Shown here: positions 26,087-36,516 of the stretch, piece after piece
Position numbering within the stretch: position 1 is the stretch's first letter
Layout: every line of letters begins with the position of its first letter
Assembly (NCBI GenBank): GCA_964353775.1
Contig: CAYGWB010000002.1
Span: forward strand, 5,185 to 69,184
Direction: 5' to 3'
Source of the DNA: an uncultured archaeon
GTDB taxonomy: Archaea > Aenigmatarchaeota > Aenigmatarchaeia > Aenigmatarchaeales > JAHLMS01
Length of the DNA: 64,000 nucleotides
Program-made: the position numbers and the translations under genes
Notes under the pieces: generated by a model
The model's input: the letters and a program-made list of their open reading frames with translations, nothing else
Database searches by the model: none
Told to the model about the DNA's origin: nothing

Positions 26087-28804
26087 ATGCTGACCAAAGA
26101 GGATTTACGGAAACCGGAGCATTTCGCGCTGGATTTTTTCAAGAAGAGCAAGCTGAAGCGCCACGTCTGCAGCAAGTGCAAGGTCGGTTTCTGGTCCGTC
26201 GCACCGAAAGACACGTGCGGTGAGCCGCCGTGCGTCAACTACGGGTTCCTTGGCTCGCCAATAATCCCGGGCAAGTGGGACATGGACAGCATGCGCAAGG
26301 CTTTCATCAATTTCTTCGAGAAGAACGGACACAAGGCGATAACACGCTATCCGATAGTATGCAGATGGAAGGCGGACACTTACTTTGTCGGCGCGTCCAT
26401 CTATGACTTCATGCCGTGGGTCATAAACGGGACGATAGAGCCGCCGGCGAACCCGCTGGTAATCAGCCAGCCATCTTTCAGGGCTCAGGACCTGGATAAC
26501 GTCGGTCTGGGAACGGCCAGGCACATGCTGATATTCGAGATGATGGCTCACCACGCCTTCAACTACACCGACAAGACGATCTACTGGAAGGACAGGACCG
26601 TCGAGCTCTGCTGGAAATGGCTGACGGAAGAGCTGAAAATCAAGCCGGAGCTGATAACGTTCAAGGAGAACTCCTGGGAAGGCGGAGGGAACGCCGGCCC
26701 GTGCTTCGAGGTGTTGGCTGCCGGAAACGAGGTCGCGACGCTCGTCTTCATGGAGTTCATCGGACCTGTCAACGGCGGATACACTCCGATGGAAGTCAAG
26801 GTCGTTGACACAGGCTATGGTCTTGAGAGGCATCTGTGGGCGGCGACAGGTGTTCCGACAATTTATGATGCGGTCTATCCGGACATCGTCCGATGGCTCG
26901 CGAGCAAGGCAGGCGTGCCGGAACCGGACCCGGAAGTGTTCTACGAGTTCTGCCAGTATGCAGGCAACCTGAACGTCGAAGAGGCGAACGTGGACCAGAT
27001 GCGGGAAATTATCGCGGCAAAGGTCGGAAAGAAGCTGGACATGGAACCGAGCGATGTGATCAAGATGCTCCTGCCTTATCACGCGATATACCAGATCGCC
27101 GACCATACGAAGTCGATAATGTTCATCCTGGCCGACGGAGTCGTGCCCAGCAACGTCGCGGAGGGCTACATACCACGTCTGCTCATTCGTCGCTGTCTGA
27201 GGAACCTGGTCGATATCGGACTGCCCGAGCTTCCGCTCACGTCCGTAATAGAGAAACACATGAAGAGCTGGCCGGAGTTTGAGAAGGTGAAGAAGGACAT
27301 GTTTGACATAGTCGATTCCGAAAGCGAAAAATATTCGGCAACACTGAAACGCGGCGCGGACATAGTCAAAAGGGCGGTTTCGGAAGCCAGGAAGACGGGG
27401 AAGAAGGAGCTGGACCGTGAGACGCTCATCCAGCTGTATGACAGCCACGGACTGCTGCCGAGGGACGTGAAGAAGTTCTCGGAGCTGCCGCTGGCAGACA
27501 TATCGGACATTGACACGCGCATCGCCGTCCAGAAGACGACCGTGACGTTGCCTGTTGAGAAGGCTGTTGTTAGTGTCAAAGGCGTCCCTGAGACAAAACT
27601 GCTCTATCATGATAACGAGAAGCTCTACGATTTCACGGCGAAGGTGCTGCGCATAATCGAAAAGAAGTGGGTCGTGCTGGACAAGACGGCGTTCTATCCG
27701 AGAGGCGGTGGTCAGGAGCCAGACCTAGGCACGCTCGGCGACCACAAGGTGTACGACGTAGAGAAGATAGGGAACGTTGTCGTGCATGCTGTCGAGAACA
27801 TCAGGTTCAAAGAAGGTTCGACAATCAAAGGTAATGTGAACGCCGCCAGGAGACAGCAGATCGCGAAGCACCACACGGCCACGCACATAATCAACGGCGC
27901 GGCCAGACGGCTGCTGGGCGAACACGTCTGGCAGGCCGGAAGCAAAAAGGACGTGGACAAGGCGCACCTTGACATAACGCACTACGCGCAGCTGACGGAC
28001 CAGCAGATAGAAGCTATTGAAAAATCCGCGAACGATGTGGTGAAAAAGAAGCTGAAAGTGTTGAAGCAGACGCTGCCGAGAGACGAGGCCGAGCGCAAGT
28101 TCGGATTCAGGCTCTACCAGGGCGGCGCTGTGCCCGGCAGGATGCTGCACACCATAGACATCAGCGGCTGGGACGTGGAGGCCTGCGGAGGCATACACGT
28201 CAACAACACGTCCGAAATCGGGCCGATAGTCATACTCAAAACAGAAAGAGTGCAGGACGGCATCGTACGTCTTATCTATGCCGCCGGGCCTGCAGCGGAG
28301 AAACACCTGAAAGAACGAGCGGATATACTGGACCGCTGCGCGAAGCTGCTGAAGGTGAAGGAAGGCGAACTGCCTGAGGCCGTCAAGAAACTTTTCTTGG
28401 AATGGAAGAAGGCACAGAAGAAGTACGCCGAGTCCGTGGAGAAGACGGCCGAGAAGAAAATGAACGAGCTGAAGTTCATGGAGGCCGGGAAAGTGAGGAT
28501 ACTGGTCGCTGAAATTTCTGGCGGCAATCCGATGCAGCTGAAGGAGATATCTAGAAGGATGAGCGGCGACGACACCGTCATCGTGCTTTTCGGCACGAGC
28601 GACAAGGTCTACGTGTTCGCTTCGGCCGGGCCTTCGGCAGTCAAGGCCGGAGTCGACGTTGGCGCGATAACCAAGGACGCCTGCACCGAACTGGGCGGTG
28701 GCGGCGGCGGACAACCAGCACTGGCACAGGGCGTCGGGACCAAGAAGGAAAAGCTGAAGTTCATTATCGGCGACATCAAGCTGCGGCTGATGCAGGGTGG
28801 TTGA
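26087..28804 (+). CDS. alaS: alanyl-tRNA synthetase
   Basis: Start at internal MLTKEDLRKPEHF... (track N-terminal 17 aa overlap the promoter); class II core, editing domain HHTATH ... CGG, C-terminal DHHA1-like domain. Confidence 0.9.
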   Translation: MLTKEDLRKPEHFALDFFKKSKLKRHVCSKCKVGFWSVAPKDTCGEPPCVNYGFLGSPIIPGKWDMDSMRKAFINFFEKNGHKAITRYPIVCRWKADTYFVGASIYDFMPWVINGTIEPPANPLVISQPSFRAQDLDNVGLGTARHMLIFEMMAHHAFNYTDKTIYWKDRTVELCWKWLTEELKIKPELITFKENSWEGGGNAGPCFEVLAAGNEVATLVFMEFIGPVNGGYTPMEVKVVDTGYGLERHLWAATGVPTIYDAVYPDIVRWLASKAGVPEPDPEVFYEFCQYAGNLNVEEANVDQMREIIAAKVGKKLDMEPSDVIKMLLPYHAIYQIADHTKSIMFILADGVVPSNVAEGYIPRLLIRRCLRNLVDIGLPELPLTSVIEKHMKSWPEFEKVKKDMFDIVDSESEKYSATLKRGADIVKRAVSEARKTGKKELDRETLIQLYDSHGLLPRDVKKFSELPLADISDIDTRIAVQKTTVTLPVEKAVVSVKGVPETKLLYHDNEKLYDFTAKVLRIIEKKWVVLDKTAFYPRGGGQEPDLGTLGDHKVYDVEKIGNVVVHAVENIRFKEGSTIKGNVNAARRQQIAKHHTATHIINGAARRLLGEHVWQAGSKKDVDKAHLDITHYAQLTDQQIEAIEKSANDVVKKKLKVLKQTLPRDEAERKFGFRLYQGGAVPGRMLHTIDISGWDVEACGGIHVNNTSEIGPIVILKTERVQDGIVRLIYAAGPAAEKHLKERADILDRCAKLLKVKEGELPEAVKKLFLEWKKAQKKYAESVEKTAEKKMNELKFMEAGKVRILVAEISGGNPMQLKEISRRMSGDDTVIVLFGTSDKVYVFASAGPSAVKAGVDVGAITKDACTELGGGGGGQPALAQGVGTKKEKLKFIIGDIKLRLMQGG

Positions 28805-28943
28805 ATGGAGATAGAACGGCTACGAAACAAGGACAAGATACTTCGCGAGGCCGCTGCGGCGATGAACTGCGAGCCTTCAGCGCTGCCGTCAATGATAGAG
28901 AAGTTCCAGAACGATATCGAAGGGACCAAGAAACACGCAAAGT

Positions 28944-29405
28944 CTACCCGATGAGATCGCACTGTTCTACCGGCTCGAAGAACAGCCAGCATATTTTTTC
29001 ATAAGCGTCGTTGTAGTCTATGCTTCCGTCAATCCTGTCTATCGTAGAGCCCTTAAGATAAAGGACCGGCACTTCCGTCACTTCGAACATCTCGGCAACG
29101 TCAGACCACTGTCCGATATCGACCTTCTCGATGACAAGCCCGCCTCCGAAATCATTGAACAGCGAGTCGACCGTATCGTTCGCATCAGGGCAGGCCGTGC
29201 AGTTCTCGGACCAGAAATATTTTGCAACGACCTTGTTCTGTTGCAGGAACGTCGCCTCGTCCGCATTGCTTAGCGGACCGTCGAACACCAGCTGCTGTCG
29301 CTGCGGCGTCACTTCTATGACGTTCATGAGTGCGAACGCGGCGCTGCTGCCAACGAAAATTATCAGCACGAAAAGCGCGAATATCTGATTCTTAGATATC
29401 TTCAT
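28944..29405 (-). CDS. secreted/membrane-anchored thioredoxin-fold protein
   Basis: N-terminal signal/TM segment; thioredoxin-like fold with CTACPD motif. Confidence 0.5.
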   Translation of the reverse strand: MKISKNQIFALFVLIIFVGSSAAFALMNVIEVTPQRQQLVFDGPLSNADEATFLQQNKVVAKYFWSENCTACPDANDTVDSLFNDFGGGLVIEKVDIGQWSDVAEMFEVTEVPVLYLKGSTIDRIDGSIDYNDAYEKICWLFFEPVEQCDLIG

Positions 29406-29686
29406 CTTTTCTCACTCAGGAAAATGTTTATTGCGGCCTCTAGGTTTTCCGGCCTCACCGCACCGACGAACTTGGGCTCATTCTCAATCAGTATCGTAGG
29501 AACGGTGCTGATGCCGAGCTTCTTTGCGCGCGAGGCGCCCGCCTTCGTATCTATCGATGTCTCGACCTGCTCGACCTTGCTGCCGAACTTGGCGCAGACC
29601 TCGTTGACCACTTTCTTGGCCGGCGGGCAGAACGGGCACGTATTCGAAACGAATATCTCGACCTTTATGGTTGGCATAGAAACCAT
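29402..29686 (-). CDS. small thioredoxin/glutaredoxin-like protein
   Basis: CPFCPPAK active-site motif, about 94 aa. Confidence 0.7.
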   Translation of the reverse strand: MVSMPTIKVEIFVSNTCPFCPPAKKVVNEVCAKFGSKVEQVETSIDTKAGASRAKKLGISTVPTILIENEPKFVGAVRPENLEAAINIFLSEKR

Positions 29687-29741
29687 TATGGAAGGCGTGA
29701 TATAAATAACTTTTATTAGTCGGGACTGCGAGACAATAGGT

Positions 29742-31829
29742 ATGACGATTTCTCAGGTGCTCAAGCGGGACGGCAGAACGGTGCAGTTCGAACCGGTGCG
29801 TATCACCAACGCCATCTCCAGGGCGCTGTTCGACGCCGGCATCGCTGACGGGAAGAAGGCCAGACAGCTCACCAAGCAGATCGTGAGGCTGCTGGAGAAG
29901 AAATATACGAAAAGGGCTGTGGATGTCGAAACAATACAGAATTCGGTCGAGATTGTTCTGAGAAGGTGGAACAAGGACGTCGCGACCATATATGCCGAGT
30001 ACAGACGCAAGAAAGCCGAGATAAGACAGGCGCGCGAGACGCTCGGAATAGAGGAGAAGCTGACGTACAACGCGATGGCCGTGCTCGAGCGGAGATACTT
30101 GCTGCGCAACGAGAAAGGGAAGACAATAGAGACGCCGAGCCAGATGTTCAGGCGCGTGGCCAGAGCAATCGCCTCGGCCGAGAGCAAGTACGGCGGCGAC
30201 CCGAAAAGGTCCGAAGAGGAATTCTTCAGGATGATGTCGAAGCTTGAGTTCCTGCCGAACAGCCCGACAATGTTCAATGCCGGAATGCCGCTCGGCCAGC
30301 TGGCCGCATGCTTTGTCCTCCCGATCGAGGACTCGCTCGAATCCATATTCACGTCGGTCAAGAACACCGCACTGATCGAACAGAGCGGCGGCGGTGTCGG
30401 TTTTTCGTTCTCCGGCCTGCGGCCGAAGGGCGACATCGTCCGCAGCACCATGGGCGTCGCTAGCGGTCCGGTCTCGTTCATGCGCGTGTTCGACGTAGCG
30501 ACGGATGTAATAAAGGCGGGTGGCAAGCGTCGCGGGGCGATGATGGGCGTGCTTCGCGTCGACCATCCCGACATAGTTGAGTTCGTAACAGCGAAGCAGA
30601 GACCGAACTTTCTTTCAAACTTCAACCTGTCCGTGGCCGTCACGGACAGCTTCATGAAAGCCGTGCATGCGAACGGCAGCTACAACCTGGTCAATCCGCA
30701 CACCGGCAAGGCCGTCAGGAAAATGAAGGCGAGATACGTATGGGACATTATAGTCGAGAACGCCTGGAGGACGGGCGACCCTGGCGTTATATTCATCGAC
30801 GAAGTCAACAGGACGAACCCGACATCGCATACAGGCGACATCGCCGCGACCAATCCGTGCGGCGAGCAGCCACTGCATTCGTATGAGTGCTGCAACCTCG
30901 GTTCGATAAATCTGACGAAGATGCTCATGAAGACGGAAGGCGGTTACGACATCGATTGGAAGAAGCTCGAGCACACCGTGAAGCTGTGCGTGCGCTTCCT
31001 AGATGACGTGATAGATGTCAACAAATATCCGATGCAGCAGATTCAGATGGCTTCCGAGGGGAACAGGCGCATCGGGCTCGGTGTCATGGGCTGGGCGGAC
31101 ACGCTGATAATGCTCGGCATTCCTTATGATTCTCCGGCGGCGCTGAAGCTTGCGGAAAAGATAATGAGGTTCATCAATGACAACGGGCATCATGCGTCCA
31201 TCGACCTCGGAAAGTCGCGCGGAAATTTCCAGAACTTCAAGGGCAGCCTTTGGGAGAAAAGGGGATATCCGGCCATGCGCAACGCGACCGTGACCACTAT
31301 CGCACCGACCGGCACGCTGTCCATAATAGCCGGCGTGAGCTCGGGCATCGAGCCGCTGTTCGGCGTTTCGTTCGTCAGAAAAGTCCTGGAAGGCAGACGG
31401 TTGCTGGAGGTCAATGGTACGTTCGAACGGATGGCGAAACAGAACGGTTTCTACTCGACGGAGTTGCTGATGAAGATTGCGAAGAACGGGAGCGCCAAAG
31501 GAGTCAAGGGCGTGCCGAAAGAGATGCAAAAATTGTTCGTAACGGCGCTCGAAATCGGACCGGAGTGGCACGTTCGCATGCAGTCCGCTTTCCAGAGACA
31601 TGTCGACAACTCTGTCTCAAAGACCATCAACTTCCCTGCTAACGCGAAGGTCGGCGATGTGCACAAGGCATATGAGCTGGCGTACAAAATGAAATGCAAG
31701 GGCATCACGGTCTATCGTTACGGTTCGAAACCAGAGCAAGTCCTGTATATCGGACCGAAAGAGATGATGCAAGCCGAAGCTGAGTTCGCAGGCGGCTGCC
31801 CGACAAACCTCTGTCCGACGCCGAGCTGA
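29742..31829 (+). CDS. nrdJ: ribonucleotide reductase, class II (adenosylcobalamin-dependent), with N-terminal ATP-cone
   Basis: ATP-cone at N-terminus; active-site region NPCGEQPL...YECCNLGSINL; 695 aa. Confidence 0.8.
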   Translation: MTISQVLKRDGRTVQFEPVRITNAISRALFDAGIADGKKARQLTKQIVRLLEKKYTKRAVDVETIQNSVEIVLRRWNKDVATIYAEYRRKKAEIRQARETLGIEEKLTYNAMAVLERRYLLRNEKGKTIETPSQMFRRVARAIASAESKYGGDPKRSEEEFFRMMSKLEFLPNSPTMFNAGMPLGQLAACFVLPIEDSLESIFTSVKNTALIEQSGGGVGFSFSGLRPKGDIVRSTMGVASGPVSFMRVFDVATDVIKAGGKRRGAMMGVLRVDHPDIVEFVTAKQRPNFLSNFNLSVAVTDSFMKAVHANGSYNLVNPHTGKAVRKMKARYVWDIIVENAWRTGDPGVIFIDEVNRTNPTSHTGDIAATNPCGEQPLHSYECCNLGSINLTKMLMKTEGGYDIDWKKLEHTVKLCVRFLDDVIDVNKYPMQQIQMASEGNRRIGLGVMGWADTLIMLGIPYDSPAALKLAEKIMRFINDNGHHASIDLGKSRGNFQNFKGSLWEKRGYPAMRNATVTTIAPTGTLSIIAGVSSGIEPLFGVSFVRKVLEGRRLLEVNGTFERMAKQNGFYSTELLMKIAKNGSAKGVKGVPKEMQKLFVTALEIGPEWHVRMQSAFQRHVDNSVSKTINFPANAKVGDVHKAYELAYKMKCKGITVYRYGSKPEQVLYIGPKEMMQAEAEFAGGCPTNLCPTPS

Positions 31830-31833
31830 TAAA

Positions 31834-32352
31834 ATGGGCATGGTCTATCTCTACACGGGCGACGGCGCTGGCAAGACAACGGCCGCGCTCGGGCTGGCGC
31901 TGCGGTCTATCGGCTGGGGGCATAGGGTCATAATCGTCCAGTTCATGAAGAGCTGGAAGAACGTCGGAGAGTGGAAGGTTCAGAAGAGACTGAAACCCTT
32001 GTACGAGATACATCAGTTCGGACGCAAAGGTTGGGTCGATGTGTACAAGCCGGACCAGAAGAACATAGAAGCGGCGAAGAAGGGACTGGAGTTCGCAAAA
32101 GAAATTTTACAGAAGCGGTCGCCGGATTTGCTGATACTCGACGAACTGAACCTCGCTGTCGGTGCGAAGCTGCTGACAGAGAAAGAAGTTCTGAACGTGC
32201 TGAAGAAGATTCCGAAGAAGACGACCGTTGTTCTGACCGGCAGATGGGCAACTAAGGCACTCATCAAAAGAGCGGACTTCGTCAACAACATCAAGGATGT
32301 TAAACATCCGTACATCAAAGGCATACCTGCGGAAAAAGGAATACAATATTAG
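31834..32352 (+). CDS. cobA: ATP:cob(I)alamin adenosyltransferase (CobA/CobO/BtuR type)
   Basis: P-loop GDGAGKTTAALGLALR and family length (172 aa); 5 nt downstream of the B12-dependent RNR. Confidence 0.75.
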   Translation: MGMVYLYTGDGAGKTTAALGLALRSIGWGHRVIIVQFMKSWKNVGEWKVQKRLKPLYEIHQFGRKGWVDVYKPDQKNIEAAKKGLEFAKEILQKRSPDLLILDELNLAVGAKLLTEKEVLNVLKKIPKKTTVVLTGRWATKALIKRADFVNNIKDVKHPYIKGIPAEKGIQY

Positions 32353-33185
32353 TGATATCTATGACCGAAGGTTCCATCAAAAAATTCTATAACGAATCGG
32401 TGGCTTACGAATGGAAAAGAGTGATTCAGGATCCGTATCATAGGTTGGAATTCGATACGACGATGAAATTTCTAAAAAAGTATCTTCCTAGAAAAGGCTT
32501 GATACTGGATGCAGGCGGAGGGCCTGGAAGATACACAATCGAACTTGCAAAACGAGGTTATGAAGTTGTTTTGCTGGACCTTGCTCCGGTAAATCTCAAA
32601 TTCGCCAAGAGACAAATAAGAAAAGCGAAAGTACAGAACAGGGTCAAGGATATTGTTGAGGGTTCGATAACCGACCTGTCAAGATTCAAGAGCAACACAT
32701 TCGATGCGGTCATTTGCCTGGGCGGCCCGCTATCGCACGTGGAAGGCAAAGAGAAGCGGAACAAAGCGCTGTTGGAACTCATCCGTGTGGCCAAGAAAGG
32801 CTCTCCGATTTTTGTTAATGTATACAGCAGGCTCGGCGTCGTCATGGGCGCACCGAGATATTTTTCACACGAGATTGCAATGACCAAGCATTTCAAAGAG
32901 CTGTCCGAATGTGGAGAGGATTACATGTGGCGTCAGAAATACTATGCTCATTTCTTTTTGCCAGAGGAGCTGAAACAATTCTTTACTGGAAAGAAGGTCA
33001 AAGTTATTGAAACTGTGGGACTGGAAGGTATCAGTTCGAGATTCAGGGAAGAAATAAACAAACTTGCAAAGAACCCGAAGGCATGGAAGAACTGGCTTGC
33101 CGCCCACTACAAACTATGCACGCATCCGGCAATAGTCGCGACAAGCGAACACGTCCTAATTATTTCTAGAAAGATTAAGAAATAA
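32352..33185 (+). CDS. class I SAM-dependent methyltransferase
   Basis: Motif I LDAGGGPGR, motif post-I VVLLDLA. Confidence 0.65.
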   Translation: MISMTEGSIKKFYNESVAYEWKRVIQDPYHRLEFDTTMKFLKKYLPRKGLILDAGGGPGRYTIELAKRGYEVVLLDLAPVNLKFAKRQIRKAKVQNRVKDIVEGSITDLSRFKSNTFDAVICLGGPLSHVEGKEKRNKALLELIRVAKKGSPIFVNVYSRLGVVMGAPRYFSHEIAMTKHFKELSECGEDYMWRQKYYAHFFLPEELKQFFTGKKVKVIETVGLEGISSRFREEINKLAKNPKAWKNWLAAHYKLCTHPAIVATSEHVLIISRKIKK

Positions 33186-33196
33186 TTAAAAGCTGA

Positions 33197-33439
33197 TCAC
33201 TTCAACTGCTTTCCCGCTTTGTCAAAAATATGTATGACGTTAACCGGGCAGGCATCCGCGGCGTCCTGGTTGCATCCGACATCGTCGACATCCAGTTCGA
33301 AACTCTCGCCTTTCTGTTTTGAGCCCTTCAGCTCGGATTTTCCGTCAGGACCCATCCCCCAGAACTTGTCACATACTGCTGCGCAGGCCCCGCATCCGAT
33401 GCAGCCCGACCTGTCGTGTACTATCTTGAACTTGGCCAT
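33197..33439 (-). CDS. ferredoxin (single [3Fe-4S]/[4Fe-4S] cluster type)
   Basis: CIGCGACAAVC ... CP pattern. Confidence 0.7.
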   Translation of the reverse strand: MAKFKIVHDRSGCIGCGACAAVCDKFWGMGPDGKSELKGSKQKGESFELDVDDVGCNQDAADACPVNVIHIFDKAGKQLK

Positions 33440-33489
33440 GTAATCACCTGAAATAGAAATGGCGCTTTCGCTAATTAAAGGTTTGGTCG

Positions 33490-33723
33490 CTAAAGGTCGA
33501 GCGCGCCCTCGATGGCGTGCCTGTTGAAGCCGATTATTATTTTTCCGTTGATTTCCAGTATAGGAACGGTCATCGCGCCGCCGGATATCTCCACCATCTC
33601 CCTGGCGGCCGATATATCTTTCTCGACGTTCAGCTCCGTGAAATTTATCCCCTTGGTCTTGAAGAAATTCTTAGCGGTCACGCAGTGCGGGCAGTTTGTC
33701 GTTGTGAAAATGCGAACTGACAT
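33490..33723 (-). CDS. glutaredoxin-like protein (NrdH-like)
   Basis: CPHC active site, 77 aa, adjacent to RNR. Confidence 0.75.
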   Translation of the reverse strand: MSVRIFTTTNCPHCVTAKNFFKTKGINFTELNVEKDISAAREMVEISGGAMTVPILEINGKIIIGFNRHAIEGALDL

Positions 33724-33779
33724 TAGATTGCCTCCGTTTTTTAATCTTTTAAAGATTTATGTTGCCGCAAATATATTTT

Positions 33780-36512
33780 TCACGAGCAACCAGAAGTGGC
33801 CCCGCAGTTCAAACACTTGTAGCATGAGCCGCTTCGCACCATTATCGATCCGCAGAGATAGCATGGCGGAGCGTCGGACTGGCTTGTGAACGACCTGTGA
33901 AGGTCGAATTTCTCCGTCAGCCTCTTCTGCTTCGCTTCCGTGTCCTCTGGCTTCACTATCTTCGGCAGCTCGAGCGTCGTGCCGTTAATCGGTGCTATCA
34001 ACCCCATCGATTCCAGCTCCTCCGATTTCAGGAACTTGGTCGCGAGCCATCTAAAAATATAATCGACGATCGACTTGGCGAACCTGATGTCAGGGTTCTC
34101 CGTGACGCCGGACGGTTCGAACCGCATGTGGACGAACTTGTCGGCCAGAACTTTCAACGGCACGCCGTACTGCAGGGCCATCGAGACCGACAGTCCTATG
34201 CTGTCCATGAGGCCGGAAATAGTGCTGCCTTCCTTGGCCATCTTTATGAATATCTCGCCCGGTGCGCCGTCCTCGTAAAGGCCGACCGTTATGTAGCCTT
34301 CGTGTCCGCCAACGGCGAACTTGTGCGTGATCGATGCCCTCTCAGGCGGCATTTTGTGCCTGACGGTCTTCTGAACCTTCTTCTCGTCGATCTTGGATGT
34401 CATCAGCGGCTGTGATCGCTTGCAACCGTCGCGGTAGATGGCGATCGCCTTCAGGCCCATCTTCCATGACGTCATGTAGACGTCCGCTATTTCCGATTGC
34501 GTCGCCTCGTTCGGCATGTTGACCGTCTTTGATATCGCGCCTGAGATGAACGGCTGAGCAGCGGCCATCATCCTGACGTGGCCCATGTAGTGGATTGTCC
34601 GCGTTCCCTTGGCGGGCTTGAATGCGCAGTCAAAGACCGGCAGATGCTCGGACAAAAGACCTGGAGCGCCTTCTATAGTATCGTTCTTGTCGATGTGTTC
34701 GAGTATGTCCCTGATCTGGCCGTCCGAGTAGCCAAGGTTCTTCAGCGCTTCTGGAACGGTGCGGTTGACCATCTTTATCACTCCACCGCCGACCAGACGC
34801 TTGTATTTCACCAGAGCGATGTCCGGCTCTATGCCGGTTGTGTCGCAGTCCATCATGAAACTGATCGTACCTGTCGGAGCGAGCAGGGTTACGTTCGCAT
34901 TCCTGAAGCCCCATTTCTTTCCGGCATCAACAACGGAGTCCCAAGCCGAAGTGACGGACGCAAGCAGGTCGACCGGCACTCCTACGCTTCCTATCTTGTA
35001 AGAATAATCTCGATGCATGTTCATCACGTTCAGCATCGGCTGTTCGTTGTCCTTGTAGTGTTTGAACGTTCCTACCTCCTTTGCTATCACCGCCGACTGC
35101 TTGTAGGCCGCCGCTGTCATTAGCGCGGTCAGAGCGGCCGAGAAATTCCTGCCGGCTTCGCTGTCATATGCGAGCCCTCTGGACATGAGCAGAGCTCCCA
35201 GATTGGCATAACCCAGGCCGAGCGGCCTGAACTCCTTGCTGTTCCTTGTGATCAGCTCGGTCGGATAGCCGGCATTGTCGACTATGATCTCCATCGCAGT
35301 CAAAATTATGTCGATGGCGCGCTCGAAGGCAGCGATGTCGAACTCGCAGGTCGGCGTTCTGAACTTCATCAGGTTGAGCGAAGCGAGATTGCAGGCGCTG
35401 TTGTCGAGGAAGACGAACTCGGCGCACGGGTTGCTTGCGTTGATCCTTCCGCTGTTAGGACAGGTGTGCCAGCGGTTCGTCGTGCTGTCAAACTGCAATG
35501 CAGGGTCGCCGCAGATGTGCGCTGAGTCTGTTATCGCAGCCATTACTTCCTTCGCCTTGTAGTTGTCCGCCGGCTGTTTAGAAACGACATAGTGCGTCGT
35601 CCACGTCCCGTCCGTGTCGACAGCGCGCATGAAATCGTCAGTGACGCGCACGCTGTGGTTCGCGTTCTGGAACTGGACCGAATCGTAAGCTCCGCCCGCG
35701 ACATTGAAAGTGCCGTCGTAGCCTGCGTCTATCAGCGCCCAGGCCTTCTTCTCCTCCTCGGCCTTGCACTTGATGAACTCCATCACGTCGGGATGATCGA
35801 TGTTCATTATGACCATCTTCGCGGCGCGTCTTGTCTTGCCGCCGGACTTGATGACGCCGGCGAAGGCGTCGAAGCCTCGCATGAAGCTGACCGGACCGGA
35901 AGCCTTTCCGCCCGATGACAGCGTCTCCTTGGCGCTGCGCAGAGCGGAAACGTTGACGCCCGAACCGCTGCCGTACTTGAATATCATCCCCTCTTCGTTC
36001 ACGAGATTGAGTATCGAACGCATTTCGTCCTTGACTGAAAGAATGAAGCACGCCGAGCATTGCGGTTCCTTCTCTACACCGACATTGAACCAGACCGGAC
36101 TGTTGAAAGAGAGATACTGATTTATCAGCAGGTATGTCAGTTCCGACTCGAAGGTCGCGGCGTCCTCTGCTGTCGCGAAATATCCGCCCGACTGGCCCCA
36201 GCTCGCCACTGTCCGTGAGACGCGATCTATCATCTGCCTTAGCGACCACTCGCGGGCGGGCGTTCCCTGCTTTCCTCGGAAATATTTAGAAGCGACTATG
36301 TTGACCGCGGTCTGCGACCAGGACTTCGGCACCTCGACGCCCTTCTGTTCGAAGACAGTATCGCCCTTCTCGTTTATTATCGCTGCGTCGCGGATGTCCC
36401 ATTCGACCGACTCAAAAGGATGCACGCCCGGCTTTGTGAAGAAGTGTGCGAACCTCAGACCTTTCGGTCCGCCGTCCATTATCTCATGTACGATCTCGAC
36501 TTTGTCTGTCAT
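33780..36512 (-). CDS. nrdJ: ribonucleotide reductase, class II, long monomeric type with C-terminal zinc ribbon
   Basis: Active-site NPCAEFVFLDNSACNLASLNL; C-terminal CYLCG...CYKCLNCG zinc finger; 910 aa. Confidence 0.8.
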   Translation of the reverse strand: MTDKVEIVHEIMDGGPKGLRFAHFFTKPGVHPFESVEWDIRDAAIINEKGDTVFEQKGVEVPKSWSQTAVNIVASKYFRGKQGTPAREWSLRQMIDRVSRTVASWGQSGGYFATAEDAATFESELTYLLINQYLSFNSPVWFNVGVEKEPQCSACFILSVKDEMRSILNLVNEEGMIFKYGSGSGVNVSALRSAKETLSSGGKASGPVSFMRGFDAFAGVIKSGGKTRRAAKMVIMNIDHPDVMEFIKCKAEEEKKAWALIDAGYDGTFNVAGGAYDSVQFQNANHSVRVTDDFMRAVDTDGTWTTHYVVSKQPADNYKAKEVMAAITDSAHICGDPALQFDSTTNRWHTCPNSGRINASNPCAEFVFLDNSACNLASLNLMKFRTPTCEFDIAAFERAIDIILTAMEIIVDNAGYPTELITRNSKEFRPLGLGYANLGALLMSRGLAYDSEAGRNFSAALTALMTAAAYKQSAVIAKEVGTFKHYKDNEQPMLNVMNMHRDYSYKIGSVGVPVDLLASVTSAWDSVVDAGKKWGFRNANVTLLAPTGTISFMMDCDTTGIEPDIALVKYKRLVGGGVIKMVNRTVPEALKNLGYSDGQIRDILEHIDKNDTIEGAPGLLSEHLPVFDCAFKPAKGTRTIHYMGHVRMMAAAQPFISGAISKTVNMPNEATQSEIADVYMTSWKMGLKAIAIYRDGCKRSQPLMTSKIDEKKVQKTVRHKMPPERASITHKFAVGGHEGYITVGLYEDGAPGEIFIKMAKEGSTISGLMDSIGLSVSMALQYGVPLKVLADKFVHMRFEPSGVTENPDIRFAKSIVDYIFRWLATKFLKSEELESMGLIAPINGTTLELPKIVKPEDTEAKQKRLTEKFDLHRSFTSQSDAPPCYLCGSIMVRSGSCYKCLNCGATSGCS

Positions 36513-36516
36513 TCAA

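Noticed and set aside
26105-28714. Minus-strand ORFs 26105-27610 and 27725-28714
   Set aside because: Antisense to alaS.
28801-29004. 67-aa plus-strand ORF after alaS
   Set aside because: Overlaps the thioredoxin-like gene on the opposite strand; no start context; composition not protein-like.
29484-31601. Minus-strand ORFs 29484-30566, 29753-30655, 30999-31601
   Set aside because: Antisense to the class II RNR gene.
34578-36249. Plus- and minus-strand ORFs inside 33780-36512
   Set aside because: Overlap the long RNR gene (minus strand) in other frames; no motifs.
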